Source of the DNA: Candidatus Pelagibacter sp.
GTDB taxonomy: Bacteria; Pseudomonadota; Alphaproteobacteria; Paracaedibacterales; CAIOTO01
Direction of reading: 5' to 3'
NCBI GenBank assembly: GCA_013823725.1
Contig: PNMQ01000006.1
Span: forward strand, 1,746 to 65,745
Length of the DNA: 64,000 bases
Shown: piece after piece, positions 50,586-60,863 of the stretch
How positions within the stretch are numbered: position 1 is the stretch's first letter
Layout of the letters: each line of letters starts with the position of its first letter
Notes under the pieces: generated by a model
Database searches by the model: none
What the model saw: only the letters and a program-made list of their open reading frames with translations
Told to the model about the DNA's origin: nothing
Program-made: the position numbers and the translations under genes

Positions 50586-51320
50586 ATGGATAAAGACTTT
50601 AATAAAAAAGATTGGTCTCTATTCTTCTCTTTGACAAAAATATTAAAGATCAAAACTATTATTCCACTTCTGAACAAAATTCAAAAAATATCCTTTTTAC
50701 TCAGCATAATAGCCTTTCTTGTTGGCGGAACTTATATCATACTATACGCGCCTGATGATGTGCTGCAAGGAAGTGTTGCCAAAATTATGTATATCCATGT
50801 TCCTGCATCTTGGGGTGCGTTAGCCCTGTATTTGGTTATGGGGGTCTTTAATATATTCGGATTCATCAAACGACTACCTCAATGTTTTATCATTGCTAAA
50901 TCAATCGCACCTACAGGTCTTGCTTACTGTCTTATCAGTCTTATTACAGGTTCTTTGTGGGGCAAGCCAACCTGGGGAACCTATTGGGTGTGGGATGCAC
51001 GCTTAACGTCTATGCTGATACTCTGTGCACTTTACATTGGTTATATTATCTCTACACAAACTTACGAGAGTTCCAAGTTAACATTAGGCGCTTATATTTC
51101 AGTACTAGGCTTGCTTAATATTCCCATTATTAAAGGTTCTGTAGATTGGTGGTTTACTCTGCATCAACCGGCATCTATTCAATTGCTTAAATTAAAATCG
51201 ACTTTAGATCCTTCAATGCTTATTGGATTAGTTATCATGGCCTTTGCCTTTGCATTTTATGCAGCAGCTATGTGCTCCTGTAAAATTATACATAACTTAA
51301 ACTTTTTTAAATCACGGTAA
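50586..51320 (+). CDS. ccmC: Heme exporter protein C (cytochrome c maturation)
   Basis: Six-TM protein with the WWD motif WGKPTWGTYWVWDARLTS and a conserved His in IMYIHVP. Confidence 0.92.
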   Translation: MDKDFNKKDWSLFFSLTKILKIKTIIPLLNKIQKISFLLSIIAFLVGGTYIILYAPDDVLQGSVAKIMYIHVPASWGALALYLVMGVFNIFGFIKRLPQCFIIAKSIAPTGLAYCLISLITGSLWGKPTWGTYWVWDARLTSMLILCALYIGYIISTQTYESSKLTLGAYISVLGLLNIPIIKGSVDWWFTLHQPASIQLLKLKSTLDPSMLIGLVIMAFAFAFYAAAMCSCKIIHNLNFFKSR

Positions 51321-51323
51321 GTT

Positions 51324-51407
51324 ATGCATATTATAACAGCATACACCGTAACCTGTGTAGTCTTAGTACTTTTATATTTCACGCAATACAGAAAATTTAA
51401 GGACTAA
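51324..51407 (+). CDS. ccmD: Candidate heme exporter protein D (27 aa, below the ORF-track length cutoff)
   Basis: ATG at 51324. It encodes MHIITAYTVTCVVLVLLYFTQYRKFKD: one hydrophobic helix and a basic tail. It sits exactly between ccmC and ccmE, where ccmD normally lies. Confidence 0.45.
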   Translation: MHIITAYTVTCVVLVLLYFTQYRKFKD

Positions 51408-51409
51408 AT

Positions 51410-51817
51410 GTGAAACCCTTAAAATTAAGAGTGTCCAAAATTGTAGCCTTTACCTTTATGACAGGTGGTTTCTTAACGTGGGGGTCAATTTTATATAGAG
51501 AGAACATTGTTTTTTTTATCAAGCCCTCAGAACTAATTGCGCAAAAGAATTCCACTTCACAAAAATCTTACAAAGTTGGCGGTTATGTTTTAAAAGGTTC
51601 TATCAAGAAAAGAATACAGGGAACCCTAGAATTTCAAATATCAGATCATATTTATAATCTAGATAAAAATAATACCATTACTGTGCACTACAACGGTGTA
51701 CTACCTAACCTTTTTGGTGAACAACAGCAAATTGTTGTTCAAGGGCGTTATATCAATCATATTTTTTTAGCCAATATTGTTTTATCGAAACATGATGAAT
51801 ATTACCGCAAGAAATAA
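51410..51817 (+). CDS. ccmE: Cytochrome c-type biogenesis heme chaperone CcmE (GTG start)
   Basis: N-terminal membrane anchor, OB-fold, and the heme-binding motif LSKHDEYY (HxxxY) near the C-terminus. Confidence 0.9.
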   Translation: MKPLKLRVSKIVAFTFMTGGFLTWGSILYRENIVFFIKPSELIAQKNSTSQKSYKVGGYVLKGSIKKRIQGTLEFQISDHIYNLDKNNTITVHYNGVLPNLFGEQQQIVVQGRYINHIFLANIVLSKHDEYYRKK

Positions 51818-51848
51818 AAAAAGCGCTGAATAAACAGCGCTTTTTTTT
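51815..51848. terminator. Bidirectional rho-independent terminator
   Basis: AAAAAAAGCGCTG-AATAAA-CAGCGCTTTTTTTT lies between convergent ccmE (+) and the OMP gene (-). Confidence 0.85.
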
Positions 51849-51870
51849 AATATAAACCAATCAGTAATGA

Positions 51871-52626
51871 TTAGAAAATGTAAGCAACACCTAATGTTAG
51901 GTTGTGGTTTACTTTTTTAACTTTACCTAAGTTTATAGTTAAAGCATCCTTTGAAAGATTAACATTACGTGAAACTTGCTTGTAGCTGTATTCCATACGT
52001 GTTGTTAGATTTTTATTTAATTTGTATTCTGCACCAACTGCTGGTGTGAATGCAAATTTTGCAGATTTTTTTGATTTAAATGCCGCATTAAATGCAGTAC
52101 CTGTTCCAATTGCAGAAGCAGCTTCGTCAGCACCTGTTGCACCAGTTACATTTAGTTCTTCGCTCAATTTGGAATATTCAAAACCTGGTTTTAAATACAC
52201 TAACAAGCTGTCAAACACGTAACCCATACGTGGTGCAAAAGCAATAATCATAGATTCTTTTGATTTGTAAGATACATTTCCTAAAGTTGCCCAACGAGTT
52301 GCTCCAGCAACACCAGAATCAACTGCCTGGTTAGGACTTGTATTTTTTGATGGTTTCGCTGTATCCATTTTTACAGCTAATTCAGCACCTAAATAAAGGT
52401 TATTCATTTGATGACCGTAACCACCAAAAACTGAAAAAGATGCGCCTGTTTTAGAAATTTTTTCTGAACCATTTGCATTGTTTTGGTCAGCAACTTTTTT
52501 CTTTACAACACCAAGGCCAGCACCAGCATAAAAACCTGTGAAGTTTCCTTTTGATGAAGGTGTGCTTGCAAATACAGCTGATGCTGATACTGCACAAATT
52601 AGTGCTAATTTATTTAGATTTTTCAT
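51871..52626 (-). CDS. Outer-membrane beta-barrel protein (same broad family as 19104-19880)
   Basis: Signal peptide MKNLNKLALICAVSASAVFA, GFYAGAGLGV, alternating beta-strand pattern, and C-terminal GVAYIF. Confidence 0.75.
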   Translation of the reverse strand: MKNLNKLALICAVSASAVFASTPSSKGNFTGFYAGAGLGVVKKKVADQNNANGSEKISKTGASFSVFGGYGHQMNNLYLGAELAVKMDTAKPSKNTSPNQAVDSGVAGATRWATLGNVSYKSKESMIIAFAPRMGYVFDSLLVYLKPGFEYSKLSEELNVTGATGADEAASAIGTGTAFNAAFKSKKSAKFAFTPAVGAEYKLNKNLTTRMEYSYKQVSRNVNLSKDALTINLGKVKKVNHNLTLGVAYIF

Positions 52627-52725
52627 TTATATTCTCCTAATGTAAAAACAAGTTTAATATATCAGTATTTTATTTACAAATCTATAATTTTATCAGGACA
52701 GGCCCTTTCTAGATTAGTTTGTTGC

Positions 52726-54039
52726 TTATTTGCAACACTCTTTTGTAACATTATTTGCCTGCAGGCTAAATACATATTTGTGTACAAAATAAAGTATGAT
52801 AATGGCCATAAATGCAATAAAGCCACTTACGGCATACATATTTTGTATAGAATAGTGTTTTGAAATATATCCACCATATATTCCTGCCATAAAGATTGAT
52901 ATAGCACTAAAGAAGTTAAAGATACCAAAACCCGTACCACGCAGGTCTGATGGTGCAAAATCTGCAATAAGGGCTAAAAAGGTACTTTGCGTTACACCAA
53001 TTTGAATACCCCATACCGCAATTCCAATATATACATATAGAATACTAGGCGAAAAACTAAGAAGAACATCGGATATCACCAAACATAGACATCCACCTGC
53101 CAATACTGCTGTTCTTGAAAATCGATCGGACAATCTACCAATAGGGTAAGCGGCTAATGCTGTTGCTGTATTGTAAATAACACCAACAATAGGACCCCAT
53201 GATTCTTTTAATCCATAATTTTTTAAAGCATGCAACGTTAATATGGATTCACTAACGCGTGCTAACATAAATACGGCAACTACCATCATCAATGCCCAAA
53301 ATTTTGTACCTAAACGCATCATATTACGTTTCATACCTGCGAAAGAAATTTCATGACGAGGTTCAGTAGCTGCAGGAACTGTTGGATGATTTATCTTTTC
53401 TTTTGCCCTGTCAGTATCGTCTTGTGTATCTAAATAATGATGCTGCGAGTCATGAACAAAATAATAGATAATTAGAAAAGCCACAATTGGAGGCAATGTT
53501 GCAAACCAAAATAATTTTTCATAATTATTAGATGTTAAATGTAGACATAAAATAGCAAGAAAAGAACCAATAAAAGACCCCGATGTTGTTAAGGCTTGGC
53601 GTAATCCAAAACATTCACCTTTAATATCTTCTGGTGATAAGTCAGCAACTAATGCATCGCGTGGCGTAGATTGAAGACCATTAGCAATGCGTTCCATTAT
53701 TCGTGATAGGAACATAATGATAAAAGCGGCAGATGCAGCAAAAAATGTTGCGCCTATAGCCAAAACAGGACGAGAAAACATGGATAGACCAAAACCGATA
53801 AGGATAATGGTTTTTCTTCTTCTGAAATAATCACTGACAATTCCTGAAAAAACTTTCATTAAATAAGCTAATGCTTCAACCGTATGTTCAAGGGCAGAAA
53901 TCCAATCTATCGTAATGCCTCTACTGTTGAGAAACATACCTGAAATTGAAAAAATAAAACTAGATGTAATATTCAAAAGGCCGCTGGCAATACCAATAAT
54001 CCAAATAGAAAAAGGAATTTTTGATTTAATTTTTTTCAT
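52726..54039 (-). CDS. MFS transporter
   Basis: Twelve predicted TM segments with a central hydrophilic loop. Motif A-like GRLSDRFSR. Confidence 0.8.
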   Translation of the reverse strand: MKKIKSKIPFSIWIIGIASGLLNITSSFIFSISGMFLNSRGITIDWISALEHTVEALAYLMKVFSGIVSDYFRRRKTIILIGFGLSMFSRPVLAIGATFFAASAAFIIMFLSRIMERIANGLQSTPRDALVADLSPEDIKGECFGLRQALTTSGSFIGSFLAILCLHLTSNNYEKLFWFATLPPIVAFLIIYYFVHDSQHHYLDTQDDTDRAKEKINHPTVPAATEPRHEISFAGMKRNMMRLGTKFWALMMVVAVFMLARVSESILTLHALKNYGLKESWGPIVGVIYNTATALAAYPIGRLSDRFSRTAVLAGGCLCLVISDVLLSFSPSILYVYIGIAVWGIQIGVTQSTFLALIADFAPSDLRGTGFGIFNFFSAISIFMAGIYGGYISKHYSIQNMYAVSGFIAFMAIIILYFVHKYVFSLQANNVTKECCK

Positions 54040-54127
54040 TGCTTTAATATTTCCTGTAATTTTAACTTTTTATTGATTTAATTACGTTAATTTAACAGAT
54101 AAGAATCCATTATAAAGATCTTAGATC

Positions 54128-54910
54128 ATGTTAAAAAATAAAAACGTCCTAATAACCGGATCAACCAGCGGCATCGGACTTGCCATAGCCGAAGGTTTTG
54201 CCTATCAGAACGCTAACTTAATTATTAATGGAATTACTCCTGAGGATAATTGTAGCGCAATTCTACAAGAATTGTCAAATAAAACAAAAGGTAAAGTACT
54301 TTATGTTCAGGCAGATCTAATTCAAGTATGTGAAATTGAAAGCATGATAAACAAAGCCTTTTCAGAGCTTGGATCTGTTGATGTTCTTATCAATAATGCG
54401 TGCATTCAACATGTTTCACCGATTGAAAGTTTCGAAAATGATAAATGGGACCAAATCATCGCATTAGGGCTTTCTTCTGCTTTTCATACCAGCAAATTAT
54501 GCTTGCCCAAAATGCGCGAAAACAATTGGGGTAGAATCATCAATATTGCATCTGCACATGGCATTGTTGCATCTGCACATAAAGCAGCATACGTTGCTGC
54601 CAAACATGGAGCTATCGGATTAACAAAGGTTATAGCATTAGAAACTGCAGAAGCAAACATTACATGCAATGCCATTTGTCCAGGTTGGGTTTTAACACCT
54701 TTGGTTGAAAATCAAATAAAAAATAATGCTGAGAAAAATGGGTGGACGTATGAACATGCTACACAAGAGCTATTAAGAGAAAAACAACCATCCATGAATT
54801 TTGTCAAACCCGATGATATTGCACAAATGAGCCTTTTTTTATGTTCTGAAGCAGCTAATCAAATTACAGGTTCAAAATTTGTCGTTGATGGTGGATGGAC
54901 AGCTCGTTAG
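54128..54910 (+). CDS. bdhA: 3-hydroxybutyrate dehydrogenase (classical SDR)
   Basis: TGSTSGIGLAIA cofactor motif, catalytic SA..YVAAKHG, and the BdhA-like C-terminus VVDGGWTAR. Confidence 0.85.
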   Translation: MLKNKNVLITGSTSGIGLAIAEGFAYQNANLIINGITPEDNCSAILQELSNKTKGKVLYVQADLIQVCEIESMINKAFSELGSVDVLINNACIQHVSPIESFENDKWDQIIALGLSSAFHTSKLCLPKMRENNWGRIINIASAHGIVASAHKAAYVAAKHGAIGLTKVIALETAEANITCNAICPGWVLTPLVENQIKNNAEKNGWTYEHATQELLREKQPSMNFVKPDDIAQMSLFLCSEAANQITGSKFVVDGGWTAR

Positions 54911-55059
54911 TCTAACGTTTATAAAAACTTTTTTTTATTAAATGCATGAAACTTATCAGCCACATTCCAAAGTTAATATAATCATTCAGTTTAATATGCT
55001 TTATGCGCAATCCAAACACTATTATAATTAAATAAAAATAACTGACATATACAATAAAA

Positions 55060-57228
55060 ATGCTTGGGTCGAATCATCTAGTTTTAAAACAAAACGAACT
55101 TATCGAAAGACTTCGTGAATATGACACTAATATTGACGAAGACATGGTCAATCGTGCCTATGTATTTTCTGTTAGGTGCCATTCTACCCAAGTCCGAGAT
55201 TCAGGAGACCCCTATTTCCTTCACCCCATAGAGGTTGCAAGAATACTCACCGAATTAAAATTAGATTCACATTCTATTGTCACAGCTCTTCTTCATGATA
55301 CGGTCGAAGACACATTCACCACCTTTGAAGAAATTGAAAAACTTTTTGGAAGTGAAATTGCACAACTTGTCAGTGGTGTTACCAAACTTACCAAACTTGA
55401 ACTACAATCTGAAGCAACTAAACAAGCTGAAAATTTCAGAAAACTTGTGCTGGCTATGTCAAGCGACATAAGGGTTTTGTTGGTAAAACTTGCTGATCGC
55501 CTACACAATATGCGAACTTTATATCATGTTTCTTCTGAATCTAAACGTCAAAGAATTGCCCATGAAACATTGGAAATCTATGCTCCTCTTGCCGAGCGAC
55601 TCGGCATTCATTCTATTAAGGACGAACTAGAGGATTTATCTTTTTATCATCTGCATCCTGATGTTTATGAATCTATTACTAATCGTTTAAAATTTGCACA
55701 ACTTGCTTCTGTTGATACCATTACTCTTATTATTTCTGACATCGAACATATTACTTCTTCGTATGGGTTGAAATGTCAAATTTCTGGACGCTCTAAAACA
55801 CCATATTCCATATGGAAAAAAATGCAGCAAAAAAATATCACTCTAGAACAACTATCCGATATCATGGCATTTCGTGTCATTGTTGATTCTGTTTCTGAAT
55901 GCTATCAAGCATTAGGCGTAATCCACAGTCACTACATGGTTGTACCTGGAAGGTTTAAAGACTATATCAGTACACCTAAAGCTAATAACTACCAGTCTTT
56001 ACATACTGGCATTTTAGGCCCTTTGAATCAAAAAATTGAATTACAAATTCGCACACAAGAAATGCACGATATATGTGAAAATGGTGTTGCTGCGCATTGG
56101 CAATATAAACAAGGTCAAAATATTCATGATGGAAAGCAGTATGCATGGCTTAGAGGCCTGCTGGAAATCTTAGAAAATGCCCCCAATCCCACTGAATTTC
56201 TTGAAAATACTAAACTAGAAATGTTTCAAGACCAAGTTTTTTGCTTCACCCCCAAAGGAGAATTGACAAACTTGCCGAATGGCGCGACAGTTGTTGATTT
56301 TGCATATTCTATTCACTCTGAAGTAGGAAATAGAACTATTGGGGCAAAAATCAACGGTAGGCAAATGCCTCTTCGTACTGTTCTCAATAATGGTGACATG
56401 ATTGAAATCATGACTTCAAAAACACAAACACCCTCTCCTACTTGGGAACGGTTTGTTGTCACTGGAAAAGCGCGTGCATGTATTAGACGCTTTATCCGTA
56501 ACCAACAAAGAACTCAATACAGTGACATTGGAAAAGCTTCATTAATAAAGATTTGCCATAAATACGGCTTTGTCTACAATGATAAAAAAGTACAAATTGC
56601 TCTTCCTAAATTTAGTTACCACACTTTAGAAGACCTCTATGCTGCTGTTGGCGAAGGTATATTATCTGCAAAGGAAGTTATCCATCTAACCCATCAAGAA
56701 AATGAATCTCTCACTAAAAAAGATGACGTTGAACATGGTTTTATCACAGAAAAAAAGAAGCTCAATAAACAAACAAACAAAGATCCATCTCATTTTATAG
56801 ATGGAATAATATCAGGGATGAGCATCTCCTTTGCGGGTTGTTGCCATCCACTTCCTGGTGATAAAATCGTAGGGATTGTACAAACTGGAAAAGGCATAAG
56901 CATTCATCGTCAAGAATGCCAAAGCATAATATCATACGAAGATCTTGATAGAATTTTAGATTTAAGTTGGTCAGAAGTAGATAATATTCTTCAAAAATAT
57001 ATAGGTAGGATTAAATTAACTATCGTAAATAAACAAGGCATACTAGCACTCATAACCAACATTATTGGAAAACAAAATGCTGATATTAATAATATAAAAG
57101 TAACTCATCGATCCAGTGATTTTTGGGATATTATCATTGATATTGAAGTTTGTAATCTAGAACAAATCAATATTCTAATTGGTATTTTGCGCTCTCAGTC
57201 ACTTGTTTTAAGCGCAGATAGGCTTTAA
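55060..57228 (+). CDS. spoT: Bifunctional (p)ppGpp synthetase/hydrolase (RelA/SpoT homolog)
   Basis: HD hydrolase domain (HPIEVA...LLHDTVEDT), synthetase domain (RSKTPYSIWKKM, YQSLHT), and TGS and C-terminal ACT-like domains. Confidence 0.95.
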   Translation: MLGSNHLVLKQNELIERLREYDTNIDEDMVNRAYVFSVRCHSTQVRDSGDPYFLHPIEVARILTELKLDSHSIVTALLHDTVEDTFTTFEEIEKLFGSEIAQLVSGVTKLTKLELQSEATKQAENFRKLVLAMSSDIRVLLVKLADRLHNMRTLYHVSSESKRQRIAHETLEIYAPLAERLGIHSIKDELEDLSFYHLHPDVYESITNRLKFAQLASVDTITLIISDIEHITSSYGLKCQISGRSKTPYSIWKKMQQKNITLEQLSDIMAFRVIVDSVSECYQALGVIHSHYMVVPGRFKDYISTPKANNYQSLHTGILGPLNQKIELQIRTQEMHDICENGVAAHWQYKQGQNIHDGKQYAWLRGLLEILENAPNPTEFLENTKLEMFQDQVFCFTPKGELTNLPNGATVVDFAYSIHSEVGNRTIGAKINGRQMPLRTVLNNGDMIEIMTSKTQTPSPTWERFVVTGKARACIRRFIRNQQRTQYSDIGKASLIKICHKYGFVYNDKKVQIALPKFSYHTLEDLYAAVGEGILSAKEVIHLTHQENESLTKKDDVEHGFITEKKKLNKQTNKDPSHFIDGIISGMSISFAGCCHPLPGDKIVGIVQTGKGISIHRQECQSIISYEDLDRILDLSWSEVDNILQKYIGRIKLTIVNKQGILALITNIIGKQNADINNIKVTHRSSDFWDIIIDIEVCNLEQINILIGILRSQSLVLSADRL

Positions 57229-57693
57229 ATGTTTATTATTGGAACAGGCATAGACCTCGTTGATATAAAGAGAATTCATACATCATTAGAAAAGTTTGGA
57301 GATCAATTTTTAAATCGTCATTTTACAAATTTAGAACAGAAATTTGCTTTTAAAAGAGAACATGATATCTCAACGTCTAAAGGATGGACAATGGCATCTG
57401 CTGCTCTTGCTAAAATGTTTGCTGCAAAAGAAGCAACTCTTAAAGCAATAGGCCTTACAACAGGCATAAATTGGGTAGATATAGAAATCAAAAGAGAAGC
57501 GTCCGGCAAGCCTTATATTGTTCTTTATAATCAAGCAGAGCAAAATTTAAATACGGTTGCTGAAAACGAAGCAGAAAAACTTGGCATAGCAATAAAAAAA
57601 GGATACATTAAAAAAGTAATCAACCTGTCGCTTACAGATGAACCTCCTCTTGCAGGTGCATTTGTGGTTATTTCAGTTGTTCATAAAAATTAA
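57229..57693 (+). CDS. acpS: Holo-[acyl-carrier-protein] synthase
   Basis: IGTGIDLVDIKRI and FAAKEATLKA motifs. It starts directly after the spoT stop. At 154 aa it is longer than usual because of internal insertions. Confidence 0.85.
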   Translation: MFIIGTGIDLVDIKRIHTSLEKFGDQFLNRHFTNLEQKFAFKREHDISTSKGWTMASAALAKMFAAKEATLKAIGLTTGINWVDIEIKREASGKPYIVLYNQAEQNLNTVAENEAEKLGIAIKKGYIKKVINLSLTDEPPLAGAFVVISVVHKN

Positions 57694-57713
57694 AAAATTT
57701 AGAAAGGCTTTCC

Positions 57714-58487
57714 ATGACAAACTCCTCTTTTATTCCTCTCACCAAAGCAGAATGGATTAAAGAAACAAAAGGCTTTGCAATTGCATTTGCTGTAGCTATG
57801 TTGATTCGTACATTTTTCTATCAACCCTTTATGATTCCTTCTGAATCCATGTATCCAACTTTAGTTGTTGGTGATTTTATTTTTGTCAATAAATTCACAT
57901 ATGGCTTTTCAAATCAATCACTTCCACTTTCACCCAATGTTATTCAAAAAGACAGAATATTTGAAGGCGAACTTAAAAGAGGAGATGTTGTTGTATTTCA
58001 CAATCCAAACCACTTGAATGAAAAAAGACAAGTCGAAGCCGTAGATTACATTAAACGCCTTATTGGTCTACCAGGAGACCGTATTCAAATGATCAATGGG
58101 ATACTTCATATCAATGGAAAAGAAGTTCCTTTAGAAAGAGGAAAAGATTACGACATGCGTCACGTCGATGGTAGAAATGAAGTCATTCCATACTATATTG
58201 AAACACTGCCTAATGGCGTTAAACATCCCATTCTCAAAATTCAAGATTTCGGAAATGGCTCACTGGACAATACACAAGAATTCACAGTTCCCAAAGATCA
58301 TTTTTTCATGATGGGAGATAACCGTGATAATTCTACCGATAGCAGAGACAAAAAAGTAGGATTTATCCCTCTTAAACGTATTGTTGGTAGGGCAGATTTA
58401 ATTCTATTGTCACATATTGGTACTTTGATAAAACCATGGACTTGGCTTAACCTTAGATTAGACCGTTTTCCTCATCTTATAAGATAA
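57714..58487 (+). CDS. lepB: Signal peptidase I
   Basis: Catalytic Ser box IPSESMYPTL, Lys box YIKRLIGLPGD, and GDNRDNSTDSR. Confidence 0.93.
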   Translation: MTNSSFIPLTKAEWIKETKGFAIAFAVAMLIRTFFYQPFMIPSESMYPTLVVGDFIFVNKFTYGFSNQSLPLSPNVIQKDRIFEGELKRGDVVVFHNPNHLNEKRQVEAVDYIKRLIGLPGDRIQMINGILHINGKEVPLERGKDYDMRHVDGRNEVIPYYIETLPNGVKHPILKIQDFGNGSLDNTQEFTVPKDHFFMMGDNRDNSTDSRDKKVGFIPLKRIVGRADLILLSHIGTLIKPWTWLNLRLDRFPHLIR

Positions 58488-58498
58488 CTACGAATTAT

Positions 58499-58993
58499 AT
58501 GAATAAACATACAATTTTTGAATGTGTAAAGTCTAAAAAAGAGACATTAAGTACAGTAACAAAGCAGACAGCCTATTATCTATCATACTATGATGATATT
58601 CGTCGCAATAAAACTATTACTAAATGGAATACATCAGCATTTCTTTTTTCTGCTTATTGGCTTTTATATCGCAAGATGTACCTTGATTTTTTTACATACG
58701 TTGCTTTCACTTGTGTTTCAGAAGCACTTTACACCCATGTCATAAAAAAAGGTATTCTATTTTTTTTTGGAACAGGGTCTGTTACAAATGATATTTCAAT
58801 ATTTTTTCTTTTAACCCTAAAATTTATCCCCTCCATTTTTTATGGGTTTTACGGAAACTATCTCTATTTTTTAAATATTGAAAAAAGATTACAAAAAAAT
58901 AAATCACAAGGAACTAATATTATAGCCCCTATTATACTTGTTATGTTTCTTTTATTAGTATTAGAGAAAATGATATTAATAAAATCTTCTTAA
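58499..58993 (+). CDS. DUF2628-like membrane protein
   Basis: KWNTSAFLFSAYWLLYRKMY matches my recollection of the DUF2628 core (fNw.AFlf...WllyRkmy). Several TM segments. Confidence 0.65.
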   Translation: MNKHTIFECVKSKKETLSTVTKQTAYYLSYYDDIRRNKTITKWNTSAFLFSAYWLLYRKMYLDFFTYVAFTCVSEALYTHVIKKGILFFFGTGSVTNDISIFFLLTLKFIPSIFYGFYGNYLYFLNIEKRLQKNKSQGTNIIAPIILVMFLLLVLEKMILIKSS

Positions 58994-59841
58994 ACTGAAG
59001 TTTTACTCTTTTTATTTTTTTTGATAGAATTAACGTGTTTTTCTTTAAATTTAATAATGACTCTATCTTCATCTCTTAAATCAATACTTTCCATTAAAAC
59101 ATTGGAAATCTTATTATGTTTAACCATGTCTGATAGAACGCTTAAAGCATTGTGATTGTTTTCTCCAGGTAATTTAACAATTAAGCTGTTGTCCATTTCA
59201 ATATTCCAGCGCCTACCTCTAATACAGATATAGCCTGTAATCCTTTTCTTTAACTCAGGAAAATGCAGTGTAGCATTGATAATTTGAAATGCTGTACTGG
59301 GAGCTAGTTCACCAACAATAATAGGTAAGGAACTAAAATCTTTAGAAATCGTTGAATGGATTATTTTACCGCTCTTGTCTACTAAATAATTTTTTTTCTT
59401 ATTTTGCCATATTGCTACAGGATGTCTTTCTATAACTTCAATTCTAAGAATTGAAGGTAAACGTCTTTGTATATAAACGCGATCGACCCATTCAATTTTT
59501 TCAACATCTTCCTTTATTTTATCTATATCAATCTGCGATATAATTTTTGTAGATTGACTTGCGACAATCTGATCTATTTTATTTCTGGTAACATTTTTAA
59601 TACCAATCACTTGAATTTTTTTCACAGTAAAATTACAGAAATTTAAAATGTAATGAGAGGACTTAAATTCTCTAAAGCTATCAATAAAGAAAAATAAAAA
59701 AATAATTCCTACAACCGCAGCGAATGAAATGAGTTTGAATTTTATACTATGCATACGTGTGATACGACGTTTACGCCTAATACCGTGGGATTTTTTTTTA
59801 TCCTTTCGTTTAAAAATATTGAGAATTTGCATCTTGTTCAT
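58990..59841 (-). CDS. ftsQ: Cell division protein FtsQ (POTRA domain)
   Basis: Basic N-terminus, single TM, POTRA-like VKKIQVIGIKNVTRNKI, and a position directly downstream of ddl. Confidence 0.8.
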   Translation of the reverse strand: MNKMQILNIFKRKDKKKSHGIRRKRRITRMHSIKFKLISFAAVVGIIFLFFFIDSFREFKSSHYILNFCNFTVKKIQVIGIKNVTRNKIDQIVASQSTKIISQIDIDKIKEDVEKIEWVDRVYIQRRLPSILRIEVIERHPVAIWQNKKKNYLVDKSGKIIHSTISKDFSSLPIIVGELAPSTAFQIINATLHFPELKKRITGYICIRGRRWNIEMDNSLIVKLPGENNHNALSVLSDMVKHNKISNVLMESIDLRDEDRVIIKFKEKHVNSIKKNKKSKTSV

Positions 59842-59897
59842 ATGGTTATATTACATAAAGGTTAGTGCTGATGAACATGTTTTTCACGTCGATTCCT

Positions 59898-60848
59898 CTA
59901 TTCACCTGTAGAGCTTCTTTTAAAAGCCAAGGTCAAATAAGTTTCGATAACGCTTAAATATGACATCCCCATATCTGCTGCAATTTCTGGGACCAAGGAT
60001 AAAGGTGTCATTCCGGGTTGAGTATTGACTTCTAAAAGAATCATATTACGATCTTGCGGTGCGTCTTTAATTTCGCAAATAAAATCTATACGTGTTATCC
60101 CATTACACTTTAAACCCTGATGTGATTTCAAAGCATATTCATATAATTTATTCATATCTCTATGACTTAACGTAGGATTAACCGTGTGTTTTGTAAAGCC
60201 AGGTGTGTATTTAGCTTCATAGTCATAAAATTCTTTAAAAGATTCAATTTCCACAGAACCCAGAATTTTATCTTCCATAACAGCAACTTGAATTTCACGT
60301 CCTTTGCAATATTCTTCAGCAAGAACTGTTTCTCCAAATTTCCAATTTTTCACATATATATCTAATTCTTCATCATTTTTAATAATAGAAACCCCTATGC
60401 TGGAACCTTCACAAGGTGGTTTTGCTACAAATGGATACCCAAAATACTGTTTTACGTTATCTTGAAATTCATGGAATTTAAAAACTCTAAATTGGGCAAA
60501 GGGAATACCCAGTGGCTGTAACATATAACGCGTTGAGATTTTATCCATAGCAACAGCAGAACTAAACACACCAGAATGTGTATAGGGAATATCCAGCATG
60601 GTTAAAACACCCTGGATAACTCCATCCTCGCCTCCTGCTCCATGAAGAGCATTGAAAATAACATCCGGTTTATTTGCTGTAATTTCATCTATAAAATTAT
60701 ATATGTCTTTTTTTACATCGACCAAAAAGACGGAATAACCCGCATCTTTGAGAGATTTATATACCTCTAAACCAGAAACAAGGGATACTTCTCTTTCAAA
60801 TGACCAACCGCCATATAAAACGCATACTTTTTTATCTTTTAAATTCAT
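59898..60848 (-). CDS. ddl: D-alanine--D-alanine ligase
   Basis: ATP-grasp enzyme with LHGAGGEDGVIQG, PFVAKPPCEGSSIGV and LEVNTQPGMTPLS. Confidence 0.95.
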   Translation of the reverse strand: MNLKDKKVCVLYGGWSFEREVSLVSGLEVYKSLKDAGYSVFLVDVKKDIYNFIDEITANKPDVIFNALHGAGGEDGVIQGVLTMLDIPYTHSGVFSSAVAMDKISTRYMLQPLGIPFAQFRVFKFHEFQDNVKQYFGYPFVAKPPCEGSSIGVSIIKNDEELDIYVKNWKFGETVLAEEYCKGREIQVAVMEDKILGSVEIESFKEFYDYEAKYTPGFTKHTVNPTLSHRDMNKLYEYALKSHQGLKCNGITRIDFICEIKDAPQDRNMILLEVNTQPGMTPLSLVPEIAADMGMSYLSVIETYLTLAFKRSSTGE

Positions 60849-60863
60849 AGAATAATTACTTTC

